A DNA stretch of 42,767 bases from an uncultured Thermodesulfobacteriota bacterium (GCA_964439795.1 CAYTRL010000002.1:1-42767), one strand, 5' to 3'; positions 24,488-34,308 are shown, numbered from the stretch's first letter. The notes: generated from the sequence alone by a model not told the origin. Numbers and translations are program-made.

Positions 24488-26002
24488 ATGTACAGAAGAA
24501 GCCTGATCTTCTTTTGCGCGATGTCCTTGGTGTTGTCTTTCACCATGGCAGCAAACGCAGAGGACGACGAGATGCTCTTTAAGAAGGGCTCGGTCTATCT
24601 GACGCCCACGGCGGGAGTCCTGATCTCTCTCTGGGACGACGAGCCTACCCCTGTGAAGTTTAGCGTAGCCGGCGCTGATTACGATTTCGGCCCGATCTTC
24701 GGCGCGCGCCTGGGATACTTCCTCACCGAGCATTGGGCCCTGGAGGGGGCCTTCGAATACGCATACATCACGGCCGATGTCGTACGGGACATAAATGGCG
24801 GGACGTACGATGACCACGCGAACGCGTGGCTGGGCCTGGTCAACATTCTCTACCACTTCAAGCCGATCACGGATAACCTCTCTCCCTTCCTGCTGGCCGG
24901 TGTGGGCGTGGACAGTTTTACCGCTGCCTCCGACTGGGACGTGGGCGCCGCGTTCAACTACGGGCTGGGTCTCAACTACAGAATCAACGACCTGCTGAGC
25001 GCCCGCTGGGAGATCCGGCACCTGATCACGACCGACCCGTATACCCAGGATCTGATCACGAACTTCGGTCTGGGACTCCACTTCGGCGGGGAAGGGGATG
25101 CACCTCCGCCGCCGCCGCCTCCGCCACCTCCGCCTCCGCCGGCTGACTCCGACGGTGACGGCGTTCCCGACGACATAGACGAATGCCCCGACACACCCCC
25201 TGGAACGGAAGTGGACGAGGTGGGATGTCCCAAACTGGCGGACCAGGGGATCCTCTATGAAATGCCGCTGGACGGCGCCATTCAGCAAGGCATCGTGTTC
25301 GAGCTGAACAGCTCCAAGATCCGGCCCTCCGCCTATCCCATGCTGGACGACGTGGCGGAAACCCTCAAGGCCTACCCCGACGCCAAGGTGGAGATCGCCG
25401 GTTACACCGACATCACCGGCCCGGATTCTTACAACATGAAACTCTCCCAGGCCCGGGCGGATGCGGTGAGGGATTATCTGATCTCCAAGGGCGTTCCCGA
25501 GGATCAGCTCTTTGCCAAGGGCTACGGCGAGGCGCACCCCATCGCCTCCAACGCCACCCGCGCGGGTCGGGAATTGAACCGCAGAATCGAGTTCCACCTG
25601 ATGACCCCGATCGAAAAGGAAATGGTCAAGGAAGGAACCGTCCTGCACAAGCTAAGCCACGGCGGCATCGTGATCGGCGGTGACATCTTCCAGACGGGCA
25701 GCGCCACGATCAAGAAGAGCTCCTACAACCAGCTCGAGGCCATGGCCAGGACACTCCGGGCCTTTTCCAGCGTAAGGGTCGAGGCGGCGGGTTACACGGA
25801 TTCCTCCGGGGCGGAGGAACTGAACCAGAAGCTGTCCCAGAAGAGAGCCAATTCCGTGAAGGAGTTCCTGGTGGACCGGGGCGTGAAAGCGGAACAGATC
25901 AATGCCGTTGGTTACGGCGAAGCCAACCCCGTCGCCTCCAATGACACACCCGAGGGGCGTGCGCAAAACCGGAGGATCCAGTTCAAGGACATCTCCGAAT
26001 AA
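24488..26002 (+). CDS. OmpA-family outer-membrane protein: beta-barrel, poly-Pro hinge, TSP3-like Asp-rich repeat, two OmpA_C domains
   Basis: Signal peptide MYRRSLIFFCAMSLVLSFTMAANA. 13 consecutive Pro codons at 25103-25141. DSDGDGVPDDIDECPDTP. Two NRRIEF/NRRIQF peptidoglycan-binding motifs. Confidence 0.85.
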   Translation: MYRRSLIFFCAMSLVLSFTMAANAEDDEMLFKKGSVYLTPTAGVLISLWDDEPTPVKFSVAGADYDFGPIFGARLGYFLTEHWALEGAFEYAYITADVVRDINGGTYDDHANAWLGLVNILYHFKPITDNLSPFLLAGVGVDSFTAASDWDVGAAFNYGLGLNYRINDLLSARWEIRHLITTDPYTQDLITNFGLGLHFGGEGDAPPPPPPPPPPPPPADSDGDGVPDDIDECPDTPPGTEVDEVGCPKLADQGILYEMPLDGAIQQGIVFELNSSKIRPSAYPMLDDVAETLKAYPDAKVEIAGYTDITGPDSYNMKLSQARADAVRDYLISKGVPEDQLFAKGYGEAHPIASNATRAGRELNRRIEFHLMTPIEKEMVKEGTVLHKLSHGGIVIGGDIFQTGSATIKKSSYNQLEAMARTLRAFSSVRVEAAGYTDSSGAEELNQKLSQKRANSVKEFLVDRGVKAEQINAVGYGEANPVASNDTPEGRAQNRRIQFKDISE

Positions 26003-26012
26003 GAAAGGCTCC

Positions 26013-26093
26013 CGGCGGCCCGCACTGCAGGGCCGCCGATCACAACCTACCCACACAAAAAAGGAAGGGCGGATGACGCCCTTCCTTTTTTTT
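26013..26093. terminator. two stem-loops; the second is a strong bidirectional intrinsic terminator
   Basis: First stem: CGGCGGCCC/GGGCCGCCG (26013-26038). Second stem: AAGGAAGGGCG-GATGA-CGCCCTTCCTT (26061-26087), a perfect 11-bp stem preceded by an A-run and followed by T6. Confidence 0.8.
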
Positions 26094-26136
26094 CGCAGAT
26101 GATAGAAACACGACGTTTATCGACACGCCCCCGGGT

Positions 26137-27951
26137 TTACGTGGCGTCTCCCGAACGGTTCTCCTCCGGGGGGGAGGCCTCCTTCCGGTCCCCGTAATAC
26201 CTCCGGTACAGATCGGTCGTGTCCGGGGGCGCTCCCTCCCAGCGGCGCCGGAAAAGGTAGCCGAGCGTGAACACCACCACGCTGCGGAGTACGCTCAGGG
26301 TCCCCTTTTCACTGTATCGCCGTGTAGAAACCCCCAGGGCGGCCGGGGTCCACACCGATCCGCCCGTGTCGTTCATCCTCACCGCCAGCTCCACATCCTC
26401 CATCAGGGGGATTTCCGGGACAGAAACCTTCCCGTTGCGGAACCACTGCCCCTGGTCCCCGAAGCTCAAACCGAACAAGAAGGCCTTGGCGTTGCTGAAG
26501 ATCGAAAGCACCCGCATCCGCAGGCCCTGGGTCCCGTAGACGAGCCGGAACGCACCGCCGCAAGCCTGCGGGTATGCGGCGGATACCCTTCCCAGCATCT
26601 CCAGAAGGTTTGAGGGCACCCGGTTGTCCGCGTGCAGGATCAAGACCAGTTCCGAGTCCAGAACCCCGGCCCCACGGGCGATCTGACAGCCCCGCCCCCT
26701 GACAGGGCTATCGAGTACGAGCGCCCCCCATCTCCTTGCCACTCCCGCACTGCCGTCCGTGCTCCCTCCGTCCACCACCACCACCTGTCCGGGGGGCACC
26801 CCTGTTTTCTCAAGGGAGGCAAGGAGGCCTCCGAGGGGGCCCGCATCGTTCAGAACCGGTACCACGATCCCCACGGTCTTCTCGGCGCAACGGGAAACGG
26901 ACGGCCACCGGCCGCTCATTTCCACCCACAAGATCAGCAGGAACAGGAACATGATCCCTGCGTGCCCCATCGGCTCATCCCCGAAAAAGCCCGCGATCGG
27001 AGGTATCTCCAGTTCCGGGAGGCAAGGCAGGCATAAAACGGAGAGGGCAATGAGCGCCCGGGAGTTCCACACGGAAGCCAGAGCCACAAGCGGCACCAGG
27101 TTGCCGGAGGGAAACGCCGGCCCCAGAAAAACCGCCAGCAACAGCAATGGCGGTGCCGCGTATTGGGGCCGGCTCCTCGTCAGCCACACGGCGCAGAGAA
27201 CGGCCAGAAGAACCGCCCAGGCCGTTGCATGCTGGACCGCTGTACCCGGCAGGCCGGGGAGGGAAAAGGAAGAAAAAACAGACCGGAAAAAACCCGCCCC
27301 CACCACCGCACCCTCTGTTTTCCCTGACAGGAACAGCGGGAGAACCCCGGCAAGAACCAGGCCCCCGCAGAGGGGGAGGTGTTTCAGGGTCTTCCTCTCC
27401 ACAAAAAACGGCAGGGCGAACAGGATCCAGCCCCGGATCAGTCCGGCCAGGGTCACCAGGAGCATGGCACTCCCCGGACGATCCCTGGCATGGAGGAGCA
27501 TCCCCAGGGCCAGGAGGATTACCAGGAGAGAGTCCGGGCTTCCGGCCCGTGCTGCCGTGCCGAAAATCACGAGGGGGTTCAAGGCAAAGATCAGGAGCCT
27601 GTCCCGGGCCAGCCCCTGACTACGGATCCACAGACTGAGCGCAACCAGGGAAGCGAGATCCAGGAGCAAGCCACCTCCTCCCCGGAGGGTCCGGACCGGT
27701 TCATCCGGGAAAGGGAACAGAACCTCCAGCGCAAGGAGACGCGGCAGGACCGCCAGAAGGAGGAACACCGGAAGCCAGCCGCGCCCCTGCCACGGGAGCC
27801 CGGTGGCGAGCAGGCCCAGGTAGCCGGCCACGGCAAGAAGCCCACCCGTGACGATGAATGCGGGACGGAAGCCTGCCGCCGGGGTCCGGGCAAGAAGAAA
27901 AACCCCCAGAGGGAAAAGAAGGGAAAAGAGGATGGCGAGCGGCCGTTTCAT
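26137..27951 (-). CDS. fusion of a ~370-aa polytopic membrane domain with a C-terminal GT2 glycosyltransferase (TIGR04283-like)
   Basis: C-terminal VGIVVPVLNDAG...VVVDGGSTDGS...LILHADN. The N-terminal two-thirds contain 10+ hydrophobic helices. The ATG overlaps the upstream gene's stop (ATGA). Confidence 0.75.
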   Translation of the reverse strand: MKRPLAILFSLLFPLGVFLLARTPAAGFRPAFIVTGGLLAVAGYLGLLATGLPWQGRGWLPVFLLLAVLPRLLALEVLFPFPDEPVRTLRGGGGLLLDLASLVALSLWIRSQGLARDRLLIFALNPLVIFGTAARAGSPDSLLVILLALGMLLHARDRPGSAMLLVTLAGLIRGWILFALPFFVERKTLKHLPLCGGLVLAGVLPLFLSGKTEGAVVGAGFFRSVFSSFSLPGLPGTAVQHATAWAVLLAVLCAVWLTRSRPQYAAPPLLLLAVFLGPAFPSGNLVPLVALASVWNSRALIALSVLCLPCLPELEIPPIAGFFGDEPMGHAGIMFLFLLILWVEMSGRWPSVSRCAEKTVGIVVPVLNDAGPLGGLLASLEKTGVPPGQVVVVDGGSTDGSAGVARRWGALVLDSPVRGRGCQIARGAGVLDSELVLILHADNRVPSNLLEMLGRVSAAYPQACGGAFRLVYGTQGLRMRVLSIFSNAKAFLFGLSFGDQGQWFRNGKVSVPEIPLMEDVELAVRMNDTGGSVWTPAALGVSTRRYSEKGTLSVLRSVVVFTLGYLFRRRWEGAPPDTTDLYRRYYGDRKEASPPEENRSGDAT

Positions 27952-29408
27952 GCGTCTTCGGTCAGGCTCAGAAAGGAGCGGATTCCCACGGCAAGAAACC
28001 CAGCGGCAAAAATCGCCAGGAAGGGCACGGCCCCGTAGGTTCCTCTGTCAAGACTCACGGCAATGGACCCCAGGGTGTAACACCCCATGAAGATCTCGAA
28101 CATCCAGACGGCGCTTCCCTGAAGCCTGTATCCGGACCGCCGCCGCTCCCCCTTCTTTGGGGTCCGGACAAAGGCGCTGGATTTTCCCACGATCGCTTCG
28201 TACACGGCCACGCTGTTGGAAACAGCGATTCCGGTCCCGTAAACCACCAGCAGGGGAAGCCAGCAGAGGGAGGAGAGCTTTTTTTCCGGGGTTCGAAAGG
28301 CGGCGACAGCGTACATCGTGCTGGGGCCCAGAGTGGCCGCCACCAGGGGGAGGGCTGCCACCGCAAAGAAATGCGGGGTAAACTTCACCAGGTCCAGGGC
28401 CAACAGGGGCAGCGCGAGGACCGCCAGGATCAGCATCATGGGATGGATCAGATAGTTGGTCACATGGAGGAACGCCTCGATCTTCTGGAGAAAACTGTAG
28501 GGCCCGCGCCAGACAGCCGGCAGGACCAGGATCGCTGTCTGGACCGACCCTTTTGCCCAGCGGAACTGCTGGCTTCGCACCCCCGCCATGGTAGAGGGCA
28601 GTTCCGCGGGCACCGTCAAATCTTCCAGGAAACAGGGTTTCCAGCCGGCCAACTGCACGCGGTAGGACAGGTCCAGGTCTTCGGTCAATGTGCGGCTCGA
28701 CCAGCCCCCCGCGTCCTCGATGGCGCTCCGGCGCCAGGCGCCGGCTGTCCCGTTGAAGTTCATGAACAGCCGGGCGCCGGCCCTGCCGGGCTGTTCCACC
28801 CGAAAGTGCCCATCAATCCCCAGGGACTGGCAGACCGTCAAGGCGTTGTCCCAGCGGTTTACATGCCCCCAGCAGGTCTGAACAAAGGCGATCGTCTCGT
28901 CTTCCAGGAAAGGAGGGATCGCCCTCCTGAGGAAGTCCGGCCCGGGAACGAAATCCGCATCGAACACGGCCAGGAACTCACCCCGGGCCAATTGTGTTCC
29001 ATGGGCCAGCGCCCCGGCCTTGAATCCGGTTCGATCCGTCCTCCGTATCACCCGGATGTCGACGCCCTCCCCGGCAATCTCGCCGGCGATACGGTCCACG
29101 GTCTCACGGGATTCATCCGTGGAGTCGTCCAGGACCTGGATTTCCAGGAGGGCCCGGGGATAGTCCAGGGAAGCGGCCGCTCGCATGACGCGCTCGCAGA
29201 CGTTTCGTTCGTTGAACATGGGAAGCTGCACGGTCACCGTGGGCCAGTCCCTGTCGTGGATCGGCTTTGCCGGCGGCGAAACAGGGAGCCTCTTCCGGCG
29301 GGCGAAACTCAAGAAGACCAGCAGGTATGCGTTGATTCCGTATACCAGCAGCATCAACGATGCCATGATATAAACCGCAACCAGCGCTGCCAGGAGAAAA
29401 TGGATCAT
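27948..29408 (-). CDS. processive family-2 glycosyltransferase (cellulose-synthase-like/CslA-like beta-glycan synthase)
   Basis: QLPMFNE, LDDSTD, FDADF, TEDLDLS and QQFRWAKG (D,D,D,QxxRW), plus flanking TM helices. Start taken at MIHFLL (29408). The ORF-track extension to 29909 is antisense to the LOG-like gene. Confidence 0.85.
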   Translation of the reverse strand: MIHFLLAALVAVYIMASLMLLVYGINAYLLVFLSFARRKRLPVSPPAKPIHDRDWPTVTVQLPMFNERNVCERVMRAAASLDYPRALLEIQVLDDSTDESRETVDRIAGEIAGEGVDIRVIRRTDRTGFKAGALAHGTQLARGEFLAVFDADFVPGPDFLRRAIPPFLEDETIAFVQTCWGHVNRWDNALTVCQSLGIDGHFRVEQPGRAGARLFMNFNGTAGAWRRSAIEDAGGWSSRTLTEDLDLSYRVQLAGWKPCFLEDLTVPAELPSTMAGVRSQQFRWAKGSVQTAILVLPAVWRGPYSFLQKIEAFLHVTNYLIHPMMLILAVLALPLLALDLVKFTPHFFAVAALPLVAATLGPSTMYAVAAFRTPEKKLSSLCWLPLLVVYGTGIAVSNSVAVYEAIVGKSSAFVRTPKKGERRRSGYRLQGSAVWMFEIFMGCYTLGSIAVSLDRGTYGAVPFLAIFAAGFLAVGIRSFLSLTEDA

Positions 29409-29564
29409 AGGTTTGTATAAACAACTTGAACGGCCAAAATCAACTGGGGAGGAAGAAGAACAGGCGGGTCTCGTACCGCTCATTGACTTCCGGGTACGGC
29501 GAAAAATACACTCAGGGAACAGGAAACTCACCCGGGCACCCTTGTGAAGGCGAGAGGAACCTGC

Positions 29565-30161
29565 ATGATCGACAGACGAACCATCGTTGGGGTTATGGGG
29601 TCCGGGACAGCCTCGCACGAAACCCTGTCCGCCCCCCTGGGGAAACTCCTGGCCAGATCCGGGTTTCACCTTCTCACGGGAGCCGGGTACGGGGTGATGG
29701 CCGAGGTGTCCCGGGCGTTCTGCAGTATCCGGGACCGCCGGGGACTTTCCATCGGCATTCTGCTCAGCGAGGGGGAACCGATCCTGGACCCGGACACCGG
29801 AAAGCGTCCTTTCCGGTCCGGGAAAATGAACCGCTGGGTGGAGGTCCCGATCGTCACCCACCTGCCCCTCAGCGGAAACCAGGGGACGGATTTCATGAGC
29901 CGGAACCACATCAATGTTCTCACCGCGGACATCCTCATGGCCCTTCCGGGTTCAGCCGGAACCCTGTCCGAAGTCCGTTTGCGGATCCAGTACGGTCGGC
30001 CGGTGATCCTCTTTCTCGGACGGGATACCATAGACGGCAGGGATGCGGGGCAGATCCGCAGGGAAAGCCGCGATCCGGAGCTCGTCCTCTCGGCGGATAC
30101 CATCGAGGCGGTTCCGGAGCGGATCCGGCAGAGCCTGGAGATCTACCGCCCGCCGGATTGA
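29565..30161 (+). CDS. LOG/TIGR00725-family (Rossmann, lysine-decarboxylase-like) protein
   Basis: IVGVMGSG...LLTGAGYGVM and PGSAGTLSE (PGGxGTxxE-type motif). ATG 29565 follows GAGAGGAA. Confidence 0.65.
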   Translation: MIDRRTIVGVMGSGTASHETLSAPLGKLLARSGFHLLTGAGYGVMAEVSRAFCSIRDRRGLSIGILLSEGEPILDPDTGKRPFRSGKMNRWVEVPIVTHLPLSGNQGTDFMSRNHINVLTADILMALPGSAGTLSEVRLRIQYGRPVILFLGRDTIDGRDAGQIRRESRDPELVLSADTIEAVPERIRQSLEIYRPPD

Positions 30162-30245
30162 CACAGAGACTTTGTTCTCCCTATACTTTTTCCACCCACA
30201 AACCGTTTTTCCCCAGCCCGGAACACCCACGGATCTTCGGCACCC

Positions 30246-31448
30246 ATGAGACAGTGCACACGATGTATCTTGACGGACACAGGGGTCAACATCGATTTCG
30301 ACAAAACAGGTGCGTGCAACTTCTGCCGTACCTACGATCGATACGGTCCCACTCTGAAAAACTTCGCAGCCCTCCACCCCCTTCTCCTGGACCGCCTTCA
30401 CCGGTTCCGGAACCGGCACGAATACGATTGCATCGTGGGCCTGAGCGGGGGCAAGGACAGCTCCTACGTCGCCTATCGGATGGTAAGGGAGTATGGGCTC
30501 AGAACCCTCCTGGTGACCTACGATAACGGTTTTCTCACCGAATACGCTCGACGGAACATCCGGCTGGTGGCCAAAGCCCTGGACCAGGATCACCTGTTCC
30601 TTGCCCCCCCCCAGGAGCTGTACCGGCCTCTGTACCGTTCCAGCGTCCGGAGCTTTGCCGTACCCTGCGTGGCATGCACCTTCCCGGGGATGCTGTGGAT
30701 CGTCAAGCTTGCCCTGGAAAAAAAGATCCCCCTGCTGATTCACGGCCGCTCGCGGCCACAGATGTTCAAGGATCTCACCGAGGGAACCATCGACCCGTTC
30801 CTCCAGTTGATCTGGAGCAACTTCAAACCCTATGACCTGGAGGCCAACCGGGCACGCATGCTGAACGGGATCCGCAAGATGAACCGTCTTTCCGAACGGT
30901 TCGTACCCGAACCGGAACTCAAGCCGGCCATGAGGGCAACCTTCCAGCCGGATCCGGAAGCCTTGAAAAAGGTCCCGTTCGCCCCGGAGATGATCGGCCT
31001 CTTTCTGTACGAGCCGTACGACGAGCAGAAGCAGATGGAACTCCTGGTGCGTGAGATCGGCTGGAACCCGCCGGAGAGCAGGCAGTTGCTCACCCACCAG
31101 GATTGCGTGGTTCACGAAGCGGTGGTCTACCTGTACAACCTTGCCTATGGCCACCCGATGCTTCGCCAGGAACTGAGCACCATGATCCGGGAGGGAGAGA
31201 TCTCCAGGGGGGAGGCCCTCGAAAGGCTGGCTGAGGAAACCCTGGTCCGGGAGCTCTCCCGGGAATCCCTGGATGCCCTGTGCCGGATAACGGGAATGAC
31301 CCCGGTGGAGGTCCTGAAAGCCGCACAGAACGTTCATCACAAGGCCAGGCTTCTCAAGATGGCCCTGAGAATCAAGCACGCGGTTCTTCCACGGGCACGG
31401 CTCCCGATTCCCCTGTGGGGCTCGTGTCCCCTCCGGGAAAGCCGTTGA
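30246..31448 (+). CDS. N-acetyl-sugar amidotransferase-like PP-loop ATPase (WbuX/TIGR03573-like)
   Basis: N-terminal CTRC...CNFC, PP-loop VGLSGGKDSS, and later PCVAC. Confidence 0.75.
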   Translation: MRQCTRCILTDTGVNIDFDKTGACNFCRTYDRYGPTLKNFAALHPLLLDRLHRFRNRHEYDCIVGLSGGKDSSYVAYRMVREYGLRTLLVTYDNGFLTEYARRNIRLVAKALDQDHLFLAPPQELYRPLYRSSVRSFAVPCVACTFPGMLWIVKLALEKKIPLLIHGRSRPQMFKDLTEGTIDPFLQLIWSNFKPYDLEANRARMLNGIRKMNRLSERFVPEPELKPAMRATFQPDPEALKKVPFAPEMIGLFLYEPYDEQKQMELLVREIGWNPPESRQLLTHQDCVVHEAVVYLYNLAYGHPMLRQELSTMIREGEISRGEALERLAEETLVRELSRESLDALCRITGMTPVEVLKAAQNVHHKARLLKMALRIKHAVLPRARLPIPLWGSCPLRESR

Positions 31449-31488
31449 AACCGAAGACCTGAAGCGACACCCTCTGTGTGCGGAACGC

Positions 31489-31638
31489 ATGGGCCCTTCA
31501 CCTGTCACAGTCCGATGCCGGCCTGACATCGTCCTGTCCCCGCAGGTGCTCGGCGCCGAGGTGCTGACCATGGCCTTGAGCGGCGAGCAGATGGACAGCG
31601 ATAACTTCCTGTCCCGCATCTTTCACAACCCCGGGTAG
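31489..31638 (+). CDS. unlisted 49-aa ORF (small protein or gene remnant)
   Basis: ATG 31489 to TAG 31636-31638: MGPSPVTVRCRPDIVLSPQVLGAEVLTMALSGEQMDSDNFLSRIFHNPG. Third-position G/C bias resembles the surrounding genes. No obvious SD. Confidence 0.3.
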   Translation: MGPSPVTVRCRPDIVLSPQVLGAEVLTMALSGEQMDSDNFLSRIFHNPG

Positions 31639-31647
31639 GGTTTTTGT

Positions 31648-32598
31648 GTGCGTCAAAAGAAGATCGTCGCGCATCCAACAGGAAACGGCTCAACACGAAA
31701 CAAACAACCCGGGGGGAAACCCGTGACTGAAAGAACCACCAGGCAGGAAGAAGGGTTTGCAGAGGTCAACGGAATCCGCCTGCATTACGTACGGCAGGGC
31801 AGCGGACCGCTGGCCCTGCTGCTGCACGGGTTCCCGGAATGCTGGTATTCCTGGAGACACCAGCTCCCGTTTCTGGCCGAGAAGTTCACCACGGTTGCGC
31901 CGGACCTCAGGGGATACAACCTTTCGGACAAACCTCCGGGCGTGTCGTCCTACTTCATGGAAAAACTCCTGGGAGACATTCAGGGACTGATCGAGTTCTT
32001 CGGCGAGAAAAAGGCCACCATCATTGCTCACGACTGGGGCGGGGTGATCGCCTGGGATCTGGCCGCCTTCCACCCCGAAGTCGTCGATCGTCTCGTCATC
32101 CTGAACGCGCCCCACCCGCTGGCCTACCTGCGTGAACTGAAGCGGAACCCCCGGCAGAAGAAGTCCAGCTGGTACATATTCATGTTTCAGCTTCCGTTCC
32201 TCCCGGAGTGGTACATGCGCCGCGGCGGGTTCCAGATGCTGGAGCGGGTGTACTCCGGTTGGGTCCTGCGGAAGGACACCTTTTCCGAAGAGGACATCCG
32301 CCTGTTCAAGGAGGCCATGGGACAGCCCGGGTGCCTCAAGGCGGCAATCAACTACTACCGGGGCCTGTTCCGCAACCCCGGGAGGTTCCGGCGGCTCAGG
32401 GAGTATCCCAGGATCCAGGTTCCTACCCAGATCATCTGGGCGGAAAACGACCGGGCCCTGACCAACGAACTCACCCGCGAACTAGACCCCTATTTCACCG
32501 TTCCACCGGAAATCCGGTACGTCCCCCGGTGCAGCCACTGGGTACAGCAGGAACAGCCGGACCGGGTCAACCAATACCTGGAAGAGTTCCTGTTCTGA
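31648..32598 (+). CDS. alpha/beta hydrolase, epoxide-hydrolase-like
   Basis: HGFPECWYSWRHQ and nucleophile AHDWGG. Start is GTG 31648 or, more likely, GTG 31723 (VTERTT..). Confidence 0.8.
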   Translation: MRQKKIVAHPTGNGSTRNKQPGGKPVTERTTRQEEGFAEVNGIRLHYVRQGSGPLALLLHGFPECWYSWRHQLPFLAEKFTTVAPDLRGYNLSDKPPGVSSYFMEKLLGDIQGLIEFFGEKKATIIAHDWGGVIAWDLAAFHPEVVDRLVILNAPHPLAYLRELKRNPRQKKSSWYIFMFQLPFLPEWYMRRGGFQMLERVYSGWVLRKDTFSEEDIRLFKEAMGQPGCLKAAINYYRGLFRNPGRFRRLREYPRIQVPTQIIWAENDRALTNELTRELDPYFTVPPEIRYVPRCSHWVQQEQPDRVNQYLEEFLF

Positions 32599-32642
32599 GT
32601 TTCATGGGGTTCAGCCGGATCAACTCGGGGGCAGACAAGATC

Positions 32643-33536
32643 ATGACGAAACAGAAAACAGATGCCGTTTCCGGAAAAGAGCAGTCCTGGTTGTGCAGGG
32701 AACTGTACCCGTTTGAGGGACGGTTCCAGGATATCCAGGGGTGCCGGGTTCATTATCTCGACGAGGGAACCGGGCCGGTGCTTCTCCTGCTGCACGGAAA
32801 CCCCACCTGGTCCTTCCTGTACCGGGATATCATCAAGGGTTTACGGGACCGATACCGCTGCATCGTACCCGACTATCCCGGTTTCGGCCTTTCCACGGCC
32901 CCACCGGAGTACGGGTACACGCCCGAGGAACACGCCCGGATCATCGAGCAGTTGATCCTTGACCTGGACTTGAACGATACCACCCTGATGGTCCAGGACT
33001 GGGGCGGCCCCATCGGGCTCGGTGTGGCCGGCCTGCATCCGGACCGTTTCCGGGCCCTGGTGATCGGAAACACCTGGGCGTGGCGGGTCAACGGAGATCC
33101 CCATTTTGAAATGTTTTCCAGGATCTTCGGCGGACTGCCGGGCCGGTTCATGATCCCCCGGTTCAACGCCTTCGTGAACCTGCTGATCCCGGCCGGGGTG
33201 AAGCGAAAAAAGCTGCCTCCTGAAATCATGGCCGCGTACCGCGGACCGTTCAAGACCCGGGAATCGAGATGGCCCACCTTTGTTTTCCCCCGATCCATCC
33301 TGCACAGCCGGAACTATCTCGAACAAGTGAAAAACGGGCTGTCCCGGCTGAAAGAGCTGCCTGTCCTCATCCTGTGGGGAGACCGGGACATCGCCTTCCG
33401 CGAAAAGGAGCGCATCCGGTTCGAAAAGCTCTTTCCCAATCACCGCACGGTCATCCTCCGCGGTGCGGGGCACTACATCCAGGAAGACGCAGCGGATGAA
33501 ATCGTCCAGGCCATTGCCCGGGAACCGGAACGCTGA
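32643..33536 (+). CDS. alpha/beta hydrolase, haloalkane-dehalogenase-like
   Basis: HGNPTWSFLYR, nucleophile VQDWGG, and GAGHYIQED. Confidence 0.8.
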   Translation: MTKQKTDAVSGKEQSWLCRELYPFEGRFQDIQGCRVHYLDEGTGPVLLLLHGNPTWSFLYRDIIKGLRDRYRCIVPDYPGFGLSTAPPEYGYTPEEHARIIEQLILDLDLNDTTLMVQDWGGPIGLGVAGLHPDRFRALVIGNTWAWRVNGDPHFEMFSRIFGGLPGRFMIPRFNAFVNLLIPAGVKRKKLPPEIMAAYRGPFKTRESRWPTFVFPRSILHSRNYLEQVKNGLSRLKELPVLILWGDRDIAFREKERIRFEKLFPNHRTVILRGAGHYIQEDAADEIVQAIAREPER

Positions 33537-33591
33537 ATAACCCCCGGTCAGGCTGAAAAAAGGGGTTCGTATGCCTCCGTTCTTCCGTCGA

Positions 33592-34308
33592 TCATGGATC
33601 TACGGAAGAACCCCCCTGTGCATAGGTCGAGAGAAGATATTCCTTGATATCCGCGGACTCGAACAGCTGCGTGTCCGTGTTGGCATCCACAAGCCAGGGC
33701 ACCATCATCCTGCCGGACCTTTCTACAAACGCATTTCTCCCGGGACTTCCCTTGGCCACATTGTGAAGCACATAGGGGATTTCCAGGCTGCAAAGCACCT
33801 CGCGAACGATCCTGCAGTAAGGAGAGGCTTCGAAGCTGTACAGCTCCAGCATCCGCTCCGGGCTTCTGGAAGGGAGGGCCTGATTCCCGGTTCCGGGACG
33901 GAGGGAAAGGCCTATGGCTCCGGCGGCCAACGAGGTTACATCATTCTTGTACAGAAAAGGCACCGTGCCTTTTCCATACATGGAAAACAGATAGCGCACG
34001 ATCTCCCCCGACTCGTACAGGGCCGTCCCCGTGTTCGGGTCCCTGAGATAGGGGAACTGCGCCTTTCCTCCCTCCTGTTCCACCACCGGGCGGAACCGGG
34101 ATCCGTTCTTCGGGCAGGGGTAGACCACCGCGTCCAGGTCCAGAAAACTCAACGCCTCCCTCACCTTCCTGCAAAACGGACAGGCCTCGAACTCATAGAG
34201 TTCCAGGGGCTTTTCCGGCCGGTCGCCCAAGGGCCCCACGTTCATACCGGCTCCCAGCCGGACAACGGACAATGCGAGGGATGTGGCAACATCCAGGCTT
34301 CTTTTCAT
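33592..34308 (-). CDS. tandem glutaredoxin/GST-N-like double-domain protein
   Basis: Two repeats: LELYEFEACPFCRKVRE...YESGEIVRYL and LELYSFEASPYCRIVRE...FESADIKEYL. The start overlaps the upstream stop (ATGA). Confidence 0.7.
   Translation of the reverse strand: MKRSLDVATSLALSVVRLGAGMNVGPLGDRPEKPLELYEFEACPFCRKVREALSFLDLDAVVYPCPKNGSRFRPVVEQEGGKAQFPYLRDPNTGTALYESGEIVRYLFSMYGKGTVPFLYKNDVTSLAAGAIGLSLRPGTGNQALPSRSPERMLELYSFEASPYCRIVREVLCSLEIPYVLHNVAKGSPGRNAFVERSGRMMVPWLVDANTDTQLFESADIKEYLLSTYAQGGSSVDP

Noticed and set aside
25103-25141. (CCN)13 proline tract, considered as a slippage-prone phase-variation repeat.
   Set aside because: The codons are mixed (CCT/CCG/CCA) rather than a pure trinucleotide repeat. 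Any slippage would be in frame. Poly-Pro hinges are a normal feature of OmpA-family proteins.
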